Source: Eubacteriales bacterium
Lineage (GTDB): Bacteria; Bacillota; Clostridia; Oscillospirales; CAG-272
Assembly (NCBI GenBank): GCA_045577175.1
Contig: JAZNHT010000023.1
Location: forward strand, 38,407 to 102,406
Direction of reading: 5' to 3'
Length of the DNA stretch: 64,000 nucleotides
Under the pieces are notes generated by a model, which was not told the DNA's origin, ran no database searches, and saw only the letters and a program-made list of their open reading frames with translations. This document shows positions 46,180-55,590 of the stretch, one piece after another. How positions within the stretch are numbered: the stretch's first letter is position 1; the number at the start of each line of letters is the position of its first letter. The translations under genes were made by a program, and so were the position numbers.

Positions 46180-47075
46180 CGATGAAACAACACATTTCCG
46201 CATCGCGCCGTATCCTGTGCGCGCTCCTTTCCGTTCTTTTTGTATTTCTCCTGACCGCCTGCCGTGATGCCACGCCTGCCGGTCTCGATCTGTCCGCAAA
46301 CGACGGCGGTGCCGGTCGGGACACAGGCTTCTCCTCGGATGTCGCCGATCCGTCTGACAGTCCGGTCACGGATGCACAGACGGATGCACCCGACACCACC
46401 GTTCCCGAAACGGATCCGCCGGCGACCGAGCCGCCGGAAACCACCTTCACCTATCCGCGCTACGATGACGACGGTATTATCACCATTTGCCTGGATGCCG
46501 GTCACGGCTTCGGCGACGTCGGCACGGACTCCGAATTTCTCGGAGAGCTTTCGGAGAAAGACATTACGCTTCCCATTGTTCTGAAAATCAAAGACAAGCT
46601 GGAAGCGCTCGGCTTTGCCGTGATTTTGACGCATGACGGACAGACGTTCCCGAAATCCGCCATCGATAACGGTGACAATCTGTTCAATCCGAAGGAGCGC
46701 ATCTCCTACGCACACACGCAGAATATCGATTATTTTCTGTCCATCCACTGTGACAGCTACGCGGCAGACAGCTCCGTCAAGGGAACACGTGTGTATTACA
46801 GCATGGGTACGCCGTATGAGAGCAACTCCGCCGCGGCGGCAAATCAAATCATGAAGGGCATCAACTCAGCTTTGCCGAATGCGAAGAAAACCATCGTCCG
46901 CAATATGGAATTTGACTCCGCATACTACGTTATCCGCATGGCGCATACGCCCTCCGCGCTGATTGAGATCGGATTTGTCACGAACCCGACGGATGCGGAA
47001 AACATGCTCTCGGAGGACTGGCAGAACGCCCTCGCTGACGGAATCGCAAACGGTCTTGCCGACTACTTTACATAA
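46176..47075 (+). CDS. N-acetylmuramoyl-L-alanine amidase (Amidase_3) lipoprotein
   Basis: ATGA overlap with the capA-like stop. Lipobox LTAC, then a D/T/P/E-rich linker. ICLDAGHG...LSIHCDS...ALIEIGFVTNPTDAENM. Confidence 0.85.
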   Translation: MTMKQHISASRRILCALLSVLFVFLLTACRDATPAGLDLSANDGGAGRDTGFSSDVADPSDSPVTDAQTDAPDTTVPETDPPATEPPETTFTYPRYDDDGIITICLDAGHGFGDVGTDSEFLGELSEKDITLPIVLKIKDKLEALGFAVILTHDGQTFPKSAIDNGDNLFNPKERISYAHTQNIDYFLSIHCDSYAADSSVKGTRVYYSMGTPYESNSAAAANQIMKGINSALPNAKKTIVRNMEFDSAYYVIRMAHTPSALIEIGFVTNPTDAENMLSEDWQNALADGIANGLADYFT

Positions 47076-47188
47076 TCGTCTATAATCCGTGCAGAAATCC
47101 GTGCCGTTTTATGAAAAACAAATATTGATTTTTCGCGCAATATGTTTTATAATATACATATAGGCGCAAGAAAGACGAGGATCGCATT

Positions 47189-48157
47189 GTGAACGGCATT
47201 TTATCCGATTTTGTGTACAGCATAAACGTGATTCTGCCGATTCTGCTTCTGATCCTGCTCGGAGCTGTTCTGAAGCGGTTCGGCTTCGTTACGGATGCGT
47301 TCTGTTCCGTGGCGGACAAGCTGATTTTCAAAATCGCGCTGCCGGCGATGCTTTTTCTCGATGTTGCCACGGCATCCGTTTCGGGTGCGCCCGAGATGTC
47401 CTTGCTCGTCTTTATTCTCGTTTCCGTGACGGCGGCGTTTGTCCTCTCCTCGCTCATTGTGCCGATCTTTGTAAGAGACCGTGCCAAGTGCGGCGCATTT
47501 GTGCAGGCAATCTGCCGTTCCAATTTCGCAATCCTCGGCATTCCGCTTCTGAACGGCATGTTCGGTGACGCGGGCACTTTGGCGGCGGCTGTTGTCATTC
47601 CGCCGATCATTCTGATGTTCAATGCGTATTCCGTGATCGTTCTCTCCGTTTTTGCACCGAAGGAAAAGCAGCTCACGCCGCTTGCGCTCTGCAAAAAGAT
47701 TGTACTGAACGTCGTCACGAATCCACTGATTATTGCGGTGCTCATCGGCTTGCCGTTTATGCTTTTCGGGTGGAAGTTGCCGCTTACCGTATCGAAAACC
47801 GCCGGGTATCTTGACGGGCTTGTCACACCGCTTGCGCTTATAAGCCTCGGTGCATCCACATCAAAGGAAAGTGTGCGCGGCAATTTCCGCATGGCGGCAG
47901 TTGCAACGGGAATCAAAACGGTGCTCTTCCCTGCCATCGCGTGCACGGTCGGCGCACTGATCGGTCTCAGAGGCGTTTCGCTCGGTATCCTGCTTATTCT
48001 GTTCGGGGCGCCGACGGCGGTCAGCAGCTACATCATGGCGAAAAACATGGGCAGTGACGAAGCCTTAGCGGGGCAAATTCTGCTCTTCACCACGTCGGTG
48101 TGCGTGTTTACGGTTTTTATCGGTATCTTTATTCTGAAAAGGCTCTGCCTGATTTGA
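47189..48157 (+). CDS. AEC-family (auxin efflux carrier-type) transporter
   Basis: Polytopic membrane protein. INVILPILLLILLGAVLKRFGF.....DKLIFKIALPAMLF and the C-terminal ...PTAVSSYIMA... are typical of Mem_trans. Confidence 0.8.
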   Translation: MNGILSDFVYSINVILPILLLILLGAVLKRFGFVTDAFCSVADKLIFKIALPAMLFLDVATASVSGAPEMSLLVFILVSVTAAFVLSSLIVPIFVRDRAKCGAFVQAICRSNFAILGIPLLNGMFGDAGTLAAAVVIPPIILMFNAYSVIVLSVFAPKEKQLTPLALCKKIVLNVVTNPLIIAVLIGLPFMLFGWKLPLTVSKTAGYLDGLVTPLALISLGASTSKESVRGNFRMAAVATGIKTVLFPAIACTVGALIGLRGVSLGILLILFGAPTAVSSYIMAKNMGSDEALAGQILLFTTSVCVFTVFIGIFILKRLCLI

Positions 48158-48178
48158 TTTTTTGAAAGGAGCACGATT

Positions 48179-48259
48179 ATGCTGCACTCTGTTTTCGCTT
48201 CGTCTATGAAGAACATGGGACAGGGTGGATACGTGTACTCTTTTTCGGAATATCTGTAA
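48179..48259 (+). CDS. Candidate 26-aa small ORF in the prs leader region
   Basis: AAAGGAG lies 7 nt before ATG 48179. It encodes MLHSVFASSMKNMGQGGYVYSFSEYL. There is no family support; it is listed only because of the strong RBS. Confidence 0.2.
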   Translation: MLHSVFASSMKNMGQGGYVYSFSEYL

Positions 48260-48295
48260 CTTTTTCGGGAGAATGGCATATACATTCTTCCGTTT

Positions 48296-48335
48296 TCTTT
48301 TGTTAATATTTTGTTAATAAGTTCTTTTGTTAATA
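48296..48335 (+). repeat. Three direct copies of TTTTGTTAATA upstream of prs
   Basis: Copies at 48298-48308, 48309-48319 and 48325-48335; copies 1 and 3 extend to TCTTTTGTTAATA. Immediately followed by the hairpin GGACCG-CAGT-CGGTCC (48337-48352). Confidence 0.8.
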
Positions 48336-48388
48336 AGGACCGCAGTCGGTCCACGATATAAAAATTACATCATGTAAAGGGGTTTATC

Positions 48389-49522
48389 ATGAAGGAACTT
48401 TTGTATGGAGAGCTTGCCGTAATCGGCATGAGAGGCTGTGAGGGATTTGTTGAGCAGGTAGACCGTTATCTCAGAGAGTGGCGCGGTCACGACGGGGAGA
48501 CCTTCCTCATCGACGTAGACTGTCCCCGCTTCGGCTCCGGTGAGGCAAAGGCACTCATTCATCAGTCCATGCGCGGACGCGACGTTTACATCATCTCCGA
48601 CTGCTTCAACTTCGGCGTAACCTATGAAATGCGCGGCTTCAAAGTCCCCATGAGCCCGGACGATCATTTTCAGGATCTCAAGCGTGTCATCGCGGCAATC
48701 GAGGGCAAGGCGCGCCGTATCTCCGTTATTATGCCGATGCTCTACGAGGGACGTCAGCACAAGAGAAGCTCCCGTGAGTCGCTCGACTGCGCGCTCGCTT
48801 TGCAGGAGCTTGTGAACATGGGCGTCACGAACATCATCACGTTTGACGCACACGATGCTCGCGTACAGAACGCGATCCCGCTGCACGGCTTTGACAACGT
48901 ACAGCCGACCTATCAGATGCTGAAGGCACTTGTCCGCACGTATCCCGACATCTCGCTCTCGCACGATCAGATCACGATCATCTCGCCCGACGAGGGTGCC
49001 ATGTCCCGCTGTATGTACTTCTCCTCCGTTATGGGCGTCGATATTGGCATGTTCTACAAGCGCCGCAACTATGCCGTCATCATCAACGGCAAAAACCCCA
49101 TCGAGGCGCACGAATACCTCGGTAAGGACATCAAGGGCAAGGATGTAATCGTCGTTGACGATATGATCTCCTCCGGTGAATCCATTCTCGACGTATCCGC
49201 ACAGCTCAAGGCGAAGGGCGCACGCCGCATTTTCCTCTTTGTCACGTTCGGTCTGTTCTGCAACGGTCTGGAGATTTTCGACGAAGCGTATGAAAAGGGA
49301 CTGATCGACAAGGTATTCACCACAAACCTCGTATACCAGCCGAACGAGCTCCGCGAGCGCGAGTGGTACAGAGAGGTCAACATGTGCAAGTACGTCTCTT
49401 ACATCATCGACACGCTCAATCACGACGAGTCGATCAGCACGCTTCTGAATCCCGTGCAGAGAATCCATACGCTCCTTGACGCGCAGGCGAAGAAAATTGC
49501 GGAAAGCAAAACCGAGGGCTGA
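48389..49522 (+). CDS. prs: Ribose-phosphate pyrophosphokinase (long form)
   Basis: RISVIMPMLYEGRQHKR...; PRPP/ribose-5-P loop VIVVDDMISSGESI; ...ITFDAHD... Confidence 0.8.
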   Translation: MKELLYGELAVIGMRGCEGFVEQVDRYLREWRGHDGETFLIDVDCPRFGSGEAKALIHQSMRGRDVYIISDCFNFGVTYEMRGFKVPMSPDDHFQDLKRVIAAIEGKARRISVIMPMLYEGRQHKRSSRESLDCALALQELVNMGVTNIITFDAHDARVQNAIPLHGFDNVQPTYQMLKALVRTYPDISLSHDQITIISPDEGAMSRCMYFSSVMGVDIGMFYKRRNYAVIINGKNPIEAHEYLGKDIKGKDVIVVDDMISSGESILDVSAQLKAKGARRIFLFVTFGLFCNGLEIFDEAYEKGLIDKVFTTNLVYQPNELREREWYREVNMCKYVSYIIDTLNHDESISTLLNPVQRIHTLLDAQAKKIAESKTEG

Positions 49523-49523
49523 T

Positions 49524-51239
49524 ATGCTGAAACTGAAAAATACTCTTGCATCCATGATTAAAGATGCGGCGGATGCTCTGTGGCAGGAAAACAATCTGAC
49601 CGCAGGGGAAATCGCCGCCATGCTCGAATATCCGCCGGATGAAACGATGGGCAATCTGGCACTCCCCTGCTTCAAGCTGAGCAAAACACTGCGCTCCGCA
49701 CCGCCGAAAATCGCCGCCGAACTTGCGGCTAAGATCGGCGAGAGCGAGATCGTCGAGATCAGCGTGGCAGGCGGATACCTGAACTTCAAAATTCTCCCTG
49801 CGTATCTCACCGCGTCGGTGCTCGCATCGATTGAGGAAAGCGGCGACGGTTACGGAAAAAGCACGGTGGGCGCAGGCAAGACGGTCGTTCTCGACTACTC
49901 CTCCCCGAACATTTCCAACCCGTTCCACATCGGTCACCTCGGCACGACGGTGATCGGGCACTCTTTGAAGCTGCTCCACGAATTTTGCGGATACGGCTGT
50001 GTCGGCATCAATCACCTCGGTGACTGGGGCACGCAAAACGGCAAGCAGATCGTTGCGTACCGCAAATGGGGCGACAAAAAAGCCGTCGAGGAAGGCGGCA
50101 TTGATGAGCTGGTTCGTCTGTACGTCCGTTTCCATGAGGAGGCGGAGAAGGATCCGTCTCTGAACGACGAGGCTCGTGCGGCGTTCACCGCGCTGGAGCA
50201 TCACGATCCCGAATGTATCGAGCTGTGGAAGTGGTTCATCGAGATCAGCATGAAGGAATACCAGAAAACGTACAAGCAGCTCGGCATCGAGTTTGACAGC
50301 TACAACGGCGAGAGCTTCTACACGGACAAAATGCCTGCCGTCGTGGATGAAATCAAATCGAAGGGTATCCTCAAGATCGATGACGGTGCGTCCATTGTCG
50401 ATCTGGATGCATACAGTATGCCGCCCTGCCTCATTTTAAAGAGAGACGGCTCCACGCTGTACCCAACGCGCGACATCACCGCCGCCCTCTACCGCAAGAA
50501 CACGTACAATTTCGCAAAATGTATCTACGTTACCTCCGCCGGACAGTCGCTCCACTTCGCACAGTGGTTCAAGGTGCTTGAGCTCTTAGGCTACGGTTGG
50601 GCAAAGGACGAGCTTATACACGTTCCCTACGGCACTGTCTCCATCGGCGGCGAAAAGCTCGCAACGAGAAGCGGAAACGTAATTCTGCTTCGTGATCTGT
50701 TCGCGCAGGCGATTGAAAAGGTGCGCGAGATCATGGCGGTAAAGAATCCTAATCTGAAGGATCAGGACGAGGTTGCCGAGGCGGTCGGTGTCGGTGCCAT
50801 CATCTTCAACTACCTCTACAACAGCCGTATCAAGGACATCAATTTCTCCATGGAGAACGCGCTCAGCTTTGACGGAAGCACCGGACCGTATGCGCAGTAC
50901 ACCTACGCACGGACGTGCAGTATTCTCGGGAAGGCTGCCGATCTCAATCTGACCGGAGAGGCAGTCCTCACGATGCCCGAGGAGTCCGCCCTTCTCATCA
51001 CGCTGTCCAAATTCCCCGAGAAGGTACTCGACGCGGTCGCGCAGTATGAGCCGTCCGTCATCACCCGTTACGTCATCGACGTATGCACGGCGTTCAACCG
51101 CTTCTATCAGGCTTGTCCTGTTGTCACCGCGGAGGACCCAAAAGTGCGTGCAACACGCGTCCGTCTCACCCGTGCGACGGGATGTGTGCTGAAAAATGCG
51201 CTTCACCTCGTCTGCATCCGCACACCCGAAAAAATCTAA
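49524..51239 (+). CDS. argS: Arginine--tRNA ligase
   Basis: ATG 49524 lies 1 nt after the prs stop. Class I HIGH motif SSPNISNPFHIGHLGTTVIG. C-terminal anticodon-binding (DALR) region. Confidence 0.9.
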   Translation: MLKLKNTLASMIKDAADALWQENNLTAGEIAAMLEYPPDETMGNLALPCFKLSKTLRSAPPKIAAELAAKIGESEIVEISVAGGYLNFKILPAYLTASVLASIEESGDGYGKSTVGAGKTVVLDYSSPNISNPFHIGHLGTTVIGHSLKLLHEFCGYGCVGINHLGDWGTQNGKQIVAYRKWGDKKAVEEGGIDELVRLYVRFHEEAEKDPSLNDEARAAFTALEHHDPECIELWKWFIEISMKEYQKTYKQLGIEFDSYNGESFYTDKMPAVVDEIKSKGILKIDDGASIVDLDAYSMPPCLILKRDGSTLYPTRDITAALYRKNTYNFAKCIYVTSAGQSLHFAQWFKVLELLGYGWAKDELIHVPYGTVSIGGEKLATRSGNVILLRDLFAQAIEKVREIMAVKNPNLKDQDEVAEAVGVGAIIFNYLYNSRIKDINFSMENALSFDGSTGPYAQYTYARTCSILGKAADLNLTGEAVLTMPEESALLITLSKFPEKVLDAVAQYEPSVITRYVIDVCTAFNRFYQACPVVTAEDPKVRATRVRLTRATGCVLKNALHLVCIRTPEKI

Positions 51240-51295
51240 ACACGTTATCCGCGCACAGCGCGAGAAAGGATACCCTTTAGGGGCAGGTTTCAGTC

Positions 51296-52027
51296 ATGTC
51301 TGGACATAGTAAATGGAATAATATCAAAAACAAAAAGGCGAAGACAGACGCCCAGAAGGCGAAAATCTTCACCAAAATCGGCAAGGAGATTGCCATCGCC
51401 GTGCGCGAGGGCGGTCCCGATCCGTCCGGCAACAGCAAGCTGCGTGAGCTGATCTCCAAGGCAAAGGCGAACAACGTGCCGAACGACAACATCGACCGCG
51501 CCATCAAGAAGGCAAGCAGCTCCGAGGCGGTTGAGTACGAGGAGATCGTATACGAGGGCTACGGTCCGTCCGGCGTTGCTGTCATCGTGGAAACTGCCAC
51601 GGACAGCCGCAACCGTACCGCATCCGATGTCCGCCACTATTTTGACAAGTACGGCGGAAACCTCGGTCAGAGCGGATGCGTATCGTATATGTTTGAGACG
51701 AAGGGCGTAATTGTCGTTCTGCGCGAGAATGTCGCTGACGAGGACGCGCTGATGGAGACCGCGCTGGAAGCCGGTGCCGCTGATTTCACCTCCGAGGAGG
51801 ACGCATTCGAAATCCTCACCGAGGTAGAGGATCTGTACGCAGTACGCGACGCGCTTGTGGAAGCAGGCTACACCGTGGAATCTGCGGAGAAGGACAGAAT
51901 CCCGACGACGTATGTAACGCTCACAAGCGAGGACGACATCAAAAACATGAATCTTCTGATCGAGCATCTGGAAGATTCCGACGACGTAAGCGAAATTTAT
52001 CACAACTGGGAAAACTGCGAAGAATGA
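51296..52027 (+). CDS. yebC: YebC/PmpR-family DNA-binding regulator
   Basis: MSGHSKWNNIKNKKAKTDAQKAKIFTKIGKEIAIAVREGGPDPSGNSKLR is the hallmark YebC N-terminus. Confidence 0.9.
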   Translation: MSGHSKWNNIKNKKAKTDAQKAKIFTKIGKEIAIAVREGGPDPSGNSKLRELISKAKANNVPNDNIDRAIKKASSSEAVEYEEIVYEGYGPSGVAVIVETATDSRNRTASDVRHYFDKYGGNLGQSGCVSYMFETKGVIVVLRENVADEDALMETALEAGAADFTSEEDAFEILTEVEDLYAVRDALVEAGYTVESAEKDRIPTTYVTLTSEDDIKNMNLLIEHLEDSDDVSEIYHNWENCEE

Positions 52028-52033
52028 TGCTTG

Positions 52034-52067
52034 AAAAAGCCCCGCTTCAGTGAAGCGGGGCTTTTTG
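52034..52067. terminator. Bidirectional terminator (yebC + / K+ uptake operon -)
   Basis: AAAAA-GCCCCGCTTC (52039-52048) / AGT / GAAGCGGGGC (52052-52061)-TTTTT. Confidence 0.85.
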
Positions 52068-52069
52068 CT

Positions 52070-52723
52070 TTACTCAAGACGTTTCGCCAGTTTTTCTATT
52101 TTGTCGTCCGTTCCCATAATCGTAATTGTATCGCCGTCGGAAAACGGAACATCCGGCGCGGGAGTTACATCCAGTTTCCCTTCCCTGCGAAGCGCAATCA
52201 CGGTAATTCCGTAGCGGCGGCGGATGTTCATTTCAATCATCGTGCGTCCGATCCAATCGCGGGGGACATGAATCTCCGCAACCGAATATTCATCGGAAAA
52301 ACTGAAATAGTCCAGTACATCCTTTTTCATCAGAATCTGTGCAAGACGTTCTCCCATATCCTCCTCGGGAAAGACAACCATATCCGCACCGATCTTCTCG
52401 AGCACCTTTCTGTGACGGGCATTCATAGCGCGGGCAACCACTTCCGCCACTCCGATTTCCTTCAGCGTCATCGTAGCGAGAATACTGTCATTCATACTGT
52501 CATCTATACACACGACCGCACAGTCATAATCCGCAACACCCGCCGTACACAGAACAGTCTCACTCGTCGGATCGCCAATGACCGCATTTGTCACCGTATT
52601 CGCAATCGAGTTGACCGCCTCTTCGTCCTCACTGATAACGAGAACCTGATGCTTCTTTTCAGCAAGAGCCTGCGCAAGCGCCGATCCAAAACATCCAAGT
52701 CCGATAATGCAAAAACTTCTCAT
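52070..52723 (-). CDS. ktrA: KtrA/TrkA-type K+ uptake regulatory subunit (RCK N+C, short form)
   Basis: ATG 52723 lies 5 nt after GGAGG; the ORF-track TTG at 52735 is less likely. Rossmann motif IIGLGCFGSALA. C-terminal TrkA_C domain. Confidence 0.8.
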   Translation of the reverse strand: MRSFCIIGLGCFGSALAQALAEKKHQVLVISEDEEAVNSIANTVTNAVIGDPTSETVLCTAGVADYDCAVVCIDDSMNDSILATMTLKEIGVAEVVARAMNARHRKVLEKIGADMVVFPEEDMGERLAQILMKKDVLDYFSFSDEYSVAEIHVPRDWIGRTMIEMNIRRRYGITVIALRREGKLDVTPAPDVPFSDGDTITIMGTDDKIEKLAKRLE

Positions 52724-52737
52724 TCTATCCTCCAACT

Positions 52738-54099
52738 TTATCCAATCATGAAATGCGCGTCAGCATACCGCATCTCGCCGTCTGCACCTTTCGTCTGATC
52801 GTACAGAGCAGCGGTAACGGTAAGAATACCTACACGTCCGAAGAACATAAGCAACATCACGACGATACGGGAAAGCACGCCGAGCGTCGGTGTAAGCGAA
52901 AGTGAAAGCCCGACTGTACCGCTGGCAGAAAACGCCTCAAACAAAGCAGGCATTACATCTGCGCCGCACCCGATCAACACCGCTGCAGCAATGACTGTAA
53001 TCGTAAACTGCACACAAATCAGCGTAAGTGCCCGTGTCAGTTCCGCAAAAGGCACACTGCGGCGGAATACTGTAACATTTTTTTTGCCGAACGTAAGATC
53101 CTTGAGCGCGGCAAAGAATATACCGATCGTAGCTACTTTGACGCCGCCGGCAGTCGATCCGGATGCACCGCCAACAAACATCAGAAACAGAAACACTGTC
53201 TGTGTAAGTGCGCCGCATGCAGTCAGATCAACCGTATTGAATCCCGCCGTGCGCATCGTCACAGACTGAAAAAGCGAGGCAAGAATTTTTCCGCCCGTTG
53301 ACAGTCCGCCGAGCGTCGCGGGATTGTTCCATTCACAAAGTGCGACAGCAACCGCACCGAAGATCCACAGGAAACCGGAAACGCTGAGTACAAGAGCGGT
53401 ATACACAGACAGTCTGCGCCGCTTTCGGACAAGCGCGATCAGATCGTCCCACACGACAAAGCCGATACCGCCGAGCATGATAAGAAGCATCAGCGTGCCG
53501 CTGACAAGGGTATCCTCGGCGAAATATGCAACGCTGGAAAACTTGCCCGTAAATGATCCCATCAAATCAAATCCCGCATTACAGAACGCGGAAACTGCAT
53601 GAAATACGCTTTTCCAAATCCCCTCTCCCACGCCGAACAGCTGAATAAAACGGATGGAGAGAAGAAAAGCTCCCGCACCTTCAATAATCGCTGTCCCAAG
53701 CAAAATGCGGCGGATCAAAGGAACGATTCCTTCAAAGGATGTAAGATTATATGCATTGGCGAGCACAAGACACTCACGCGGCGAGATACGGCGGCGAACC
53801 ATCATAGAAATCAGAACTGCCATCGTCATAAATCCGAGTCCGCCGATTTGGATCAAAAGCAAGATCACGGCTTGTCCGAATATGCTCCAATGAGTTGCCG
53901 TATCGAGGACGACAAGCCCCGTTACGCAAGTTGCACTGACAGATGTAAAGAGGCAAGACAGAAACGGTGTCCCCTCTCCTGCCGCGCTTGAAATCGGAAG
54001 ATGCAGAAGAATCGCACCCGCCAAAATCACAAGCACAAAGCCGAGAACGATAATCTGCGTGGCGGAAAATCCGCGTCTGCGCCGTTTGACCGTATCCAC
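52738..54099 (-). CDS. ktrB: KtrB/TrkH-family K+ transporter membrane subunit
   Basis: LFTSVSATCVTGL, IQIGGLGFMT and ...RTAGFNTV... are selectivity-filter-like MPM repeats of the Trk/Ktr/HKT family. Confidence 0.8.
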   Translation of the reverse strand: MDTVKRRRRGFSATQIIVLGFVLVILAGAILLHLPISSAAGEGTPFLSCLFTSVSATCVTGLVVLDTATHWSIFGQAVILLLIQIGGLGFMTMAVLISMMVRRRISPRECLVLANAYNLTSFEGIVPLIRRILLGTAIIEGAGAFLLSIRFIQLFGVGEGIWKSVFHAVSAFCNAGFDLMGSFTGKFSSVAYFAEDTLVSGTLMLLIMLGGIGFVVWDDLIALVRKRRRLSVYTALVLSVSGFLWIFGAVAVALCEWNNPATLGGLSTGGKILASLFQSVTMRTAGFNTVDLTACGALTQTVFLFLMFVGGASGSTAGGVKVATIGIFFAALKDLTFGKKNVTVFRRSVPFAELTRALTLICVQFTITVIAAAVLIGCGADVMPALFEAFSASGTVGLSLSLTPTLGVLSRIVVMLLMFFGRVGILTVTAALYDQTKGADGEMRYADAHFMIG

Positions 54100-54123
54100 G
54101 AAATCCCTCCTTTGAAAAAAGGC

Positions 54124-55578
54124 TTACGCATGTTTCCACGTACTGCGGGAAAGCAGTGCAAGGATCGGAAAAATCTCCAGTCTGCCCGCAAGCATATCCG
54201 TAATCAGTACAAGTTTGGACAAAACGCTGTAACCGCCGTAGTTGGCAATAGGTCCAACGGCATCCAAACCGGGACCGATGTTATTGAAACAAGCAAACAC
54301 TGCCGAAAAATTCGTCGTGAACGAAAACTTATCCAGCGAAAGAAGCAGAAAACTGAGAAGCACGATCATCACATACGCGGCAAGGTACATGCCGGTACTG
54401 GTGATAACGCGCTCGTCCACCGCCTGCCCGTCACTGCGGATAACCTCAACGCGCTGAGGGCGAAGCGTCAGGCGGATATTGCGCCGCAGCGTCTTGACAA
54501 GAAGTAGGACGCGGGCACATTTCATGCCGCCGCCCGTACTTCCCGCACACGCACCGATAACCATCAGGCAGAGCAGGATCGCCTTGGAAAACTCCGGCCA
54601 CAGATTAAAATCCGTTGTCGCAAAGCCTGTCGTCGTGATGATAGAGGCAACCTGAAACGCCGCATGACGCAAAGTTTCGCCGATCGTACCGTACACACCG
54701 CGCAGATTCCACACGATAAGGGCAATGCTTCCGGCAACGATACCCACATACAGGCGGAGTTCTTCATTTTTGAAGACACTTTTGAACTGCTTGAGAAGAA
54801 GCAGATGATAGCAGGAGAAGTTTACGCCGAAAAGCAGCATGAACACAGTCGTTACGTTTTGAATATAGGGAGTATGACTTGCCAGGCTGTCCGCTTTGAT
54901 ACCGAAACCGCCCGTGCCCGCCGTACCGAATGCAGTACAGATTGCCTCAAAGACAGGCATCCGCCCTGCAATGAGAAACAGGAAATTGACAACGGTCAAA
55001 ACAATATACAACAGATACAGAATCACCGCCGTCTGTTTCATGCGCGGAACGAGTTTGCTGACGTTCGGTCCCGGGCTTTCCGCACGAAGCAGATGCATCG
55101 TAAAACCTCCGTTTTTCTCAGCGGACGGTGCAATCGCCAAAAGGAAGACAAGGACGCCCATACCGCCGAGCCAGTGGCTGAAACTGCGCCAATACAGCAC
55201 CGCGCGGGAAAGCACCTCAACATCCGCCACAACGGACGCACCTGTTGTAGTGAATCCGGACACCATCTCGAAAAACGCATCGATAAAGTGCGGGATCTCC
55301 CCCGAAATGACGAACGGCAAGGCTCCGATCAAACTCATGAACACCCATGACAGACTTACGCAGATCATACCCTCCCCGGCGCGAAGTGCGTTTTCCGCTT
55401 TACGGCAAAGGAGATACAGCACACCCGCAGCCAAGAGCGTACCTGCGATCGTTACGCCGAAAGCGACCGCCGTAACAAAGGTTCCGTCATAGAGCGCAAA
55501 GCACAGAGACGGAATCATGAAGATCGCCTCAAGCATCAGAATCTGGGACAGAATCCGCCCCATGGTTTTATAATTCAT
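54124..55578 (-). CDS. trkH: TrkH-family K+ uptake membrane subunit
   Basis: 484-aa polytopic protein. FEMVSGFTTTGASV, AFGTAGTGGFG and ASIITTTGFAT are typical TrkH P-loops. Confidence 0.85.
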   Translation of the reverse strand: MNYKTMGRILSQILMLEAIFMIPSLCFALYDGTFVTAVAFGVTIAGTLLAAGVLYLLCRKAENALRAGEGMICVSLSWVFMSLIGALPFVISGEIPHFIDAFFEMVSGFTTTGASVVADVEVLSRAVLYWRSFSHWLGGMGVLVFLLAIAPSAEKNGGFTMHLLRAESPGPNVSKLVPRMKQTAVILYLLYIVLTVVNFLFLIAGRMPVFEAICTAFGTAGTGGFGIKADSLASHTPYIQNVTTVFMLLFGVNFSCYHLLLLKQFKSVFKNEELRLYVGIVAGSIALIVWNLRGVYGTIGETLRHAAFQVASIITTTGFATTDFNLWPEFSKAILLCLMVIGACAGSTGGGMKCARVLLLVKTLRRNIRLTLRPQRVEVIRSDGQAVDERVITSTGMYLAAYVMIVLLSFLLLSLDKFSFTTNFSAVFACFNNIGPGLDAVGPIANYGGYSVLSKLVLITDMLAGRLEIFPILALLSRSTWKHA

Positions 55579-55590
55579 TGTACTCCCCGA

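Noticed and set aside
47076-47125. The direct repeat ATCCGTGC...ATCCGTGCCG after the amidase gene, considered as a terminator.
   Set aside because: It is a direct repeat, not an inverted one. No stable hairpin followed by a T-run is formed.
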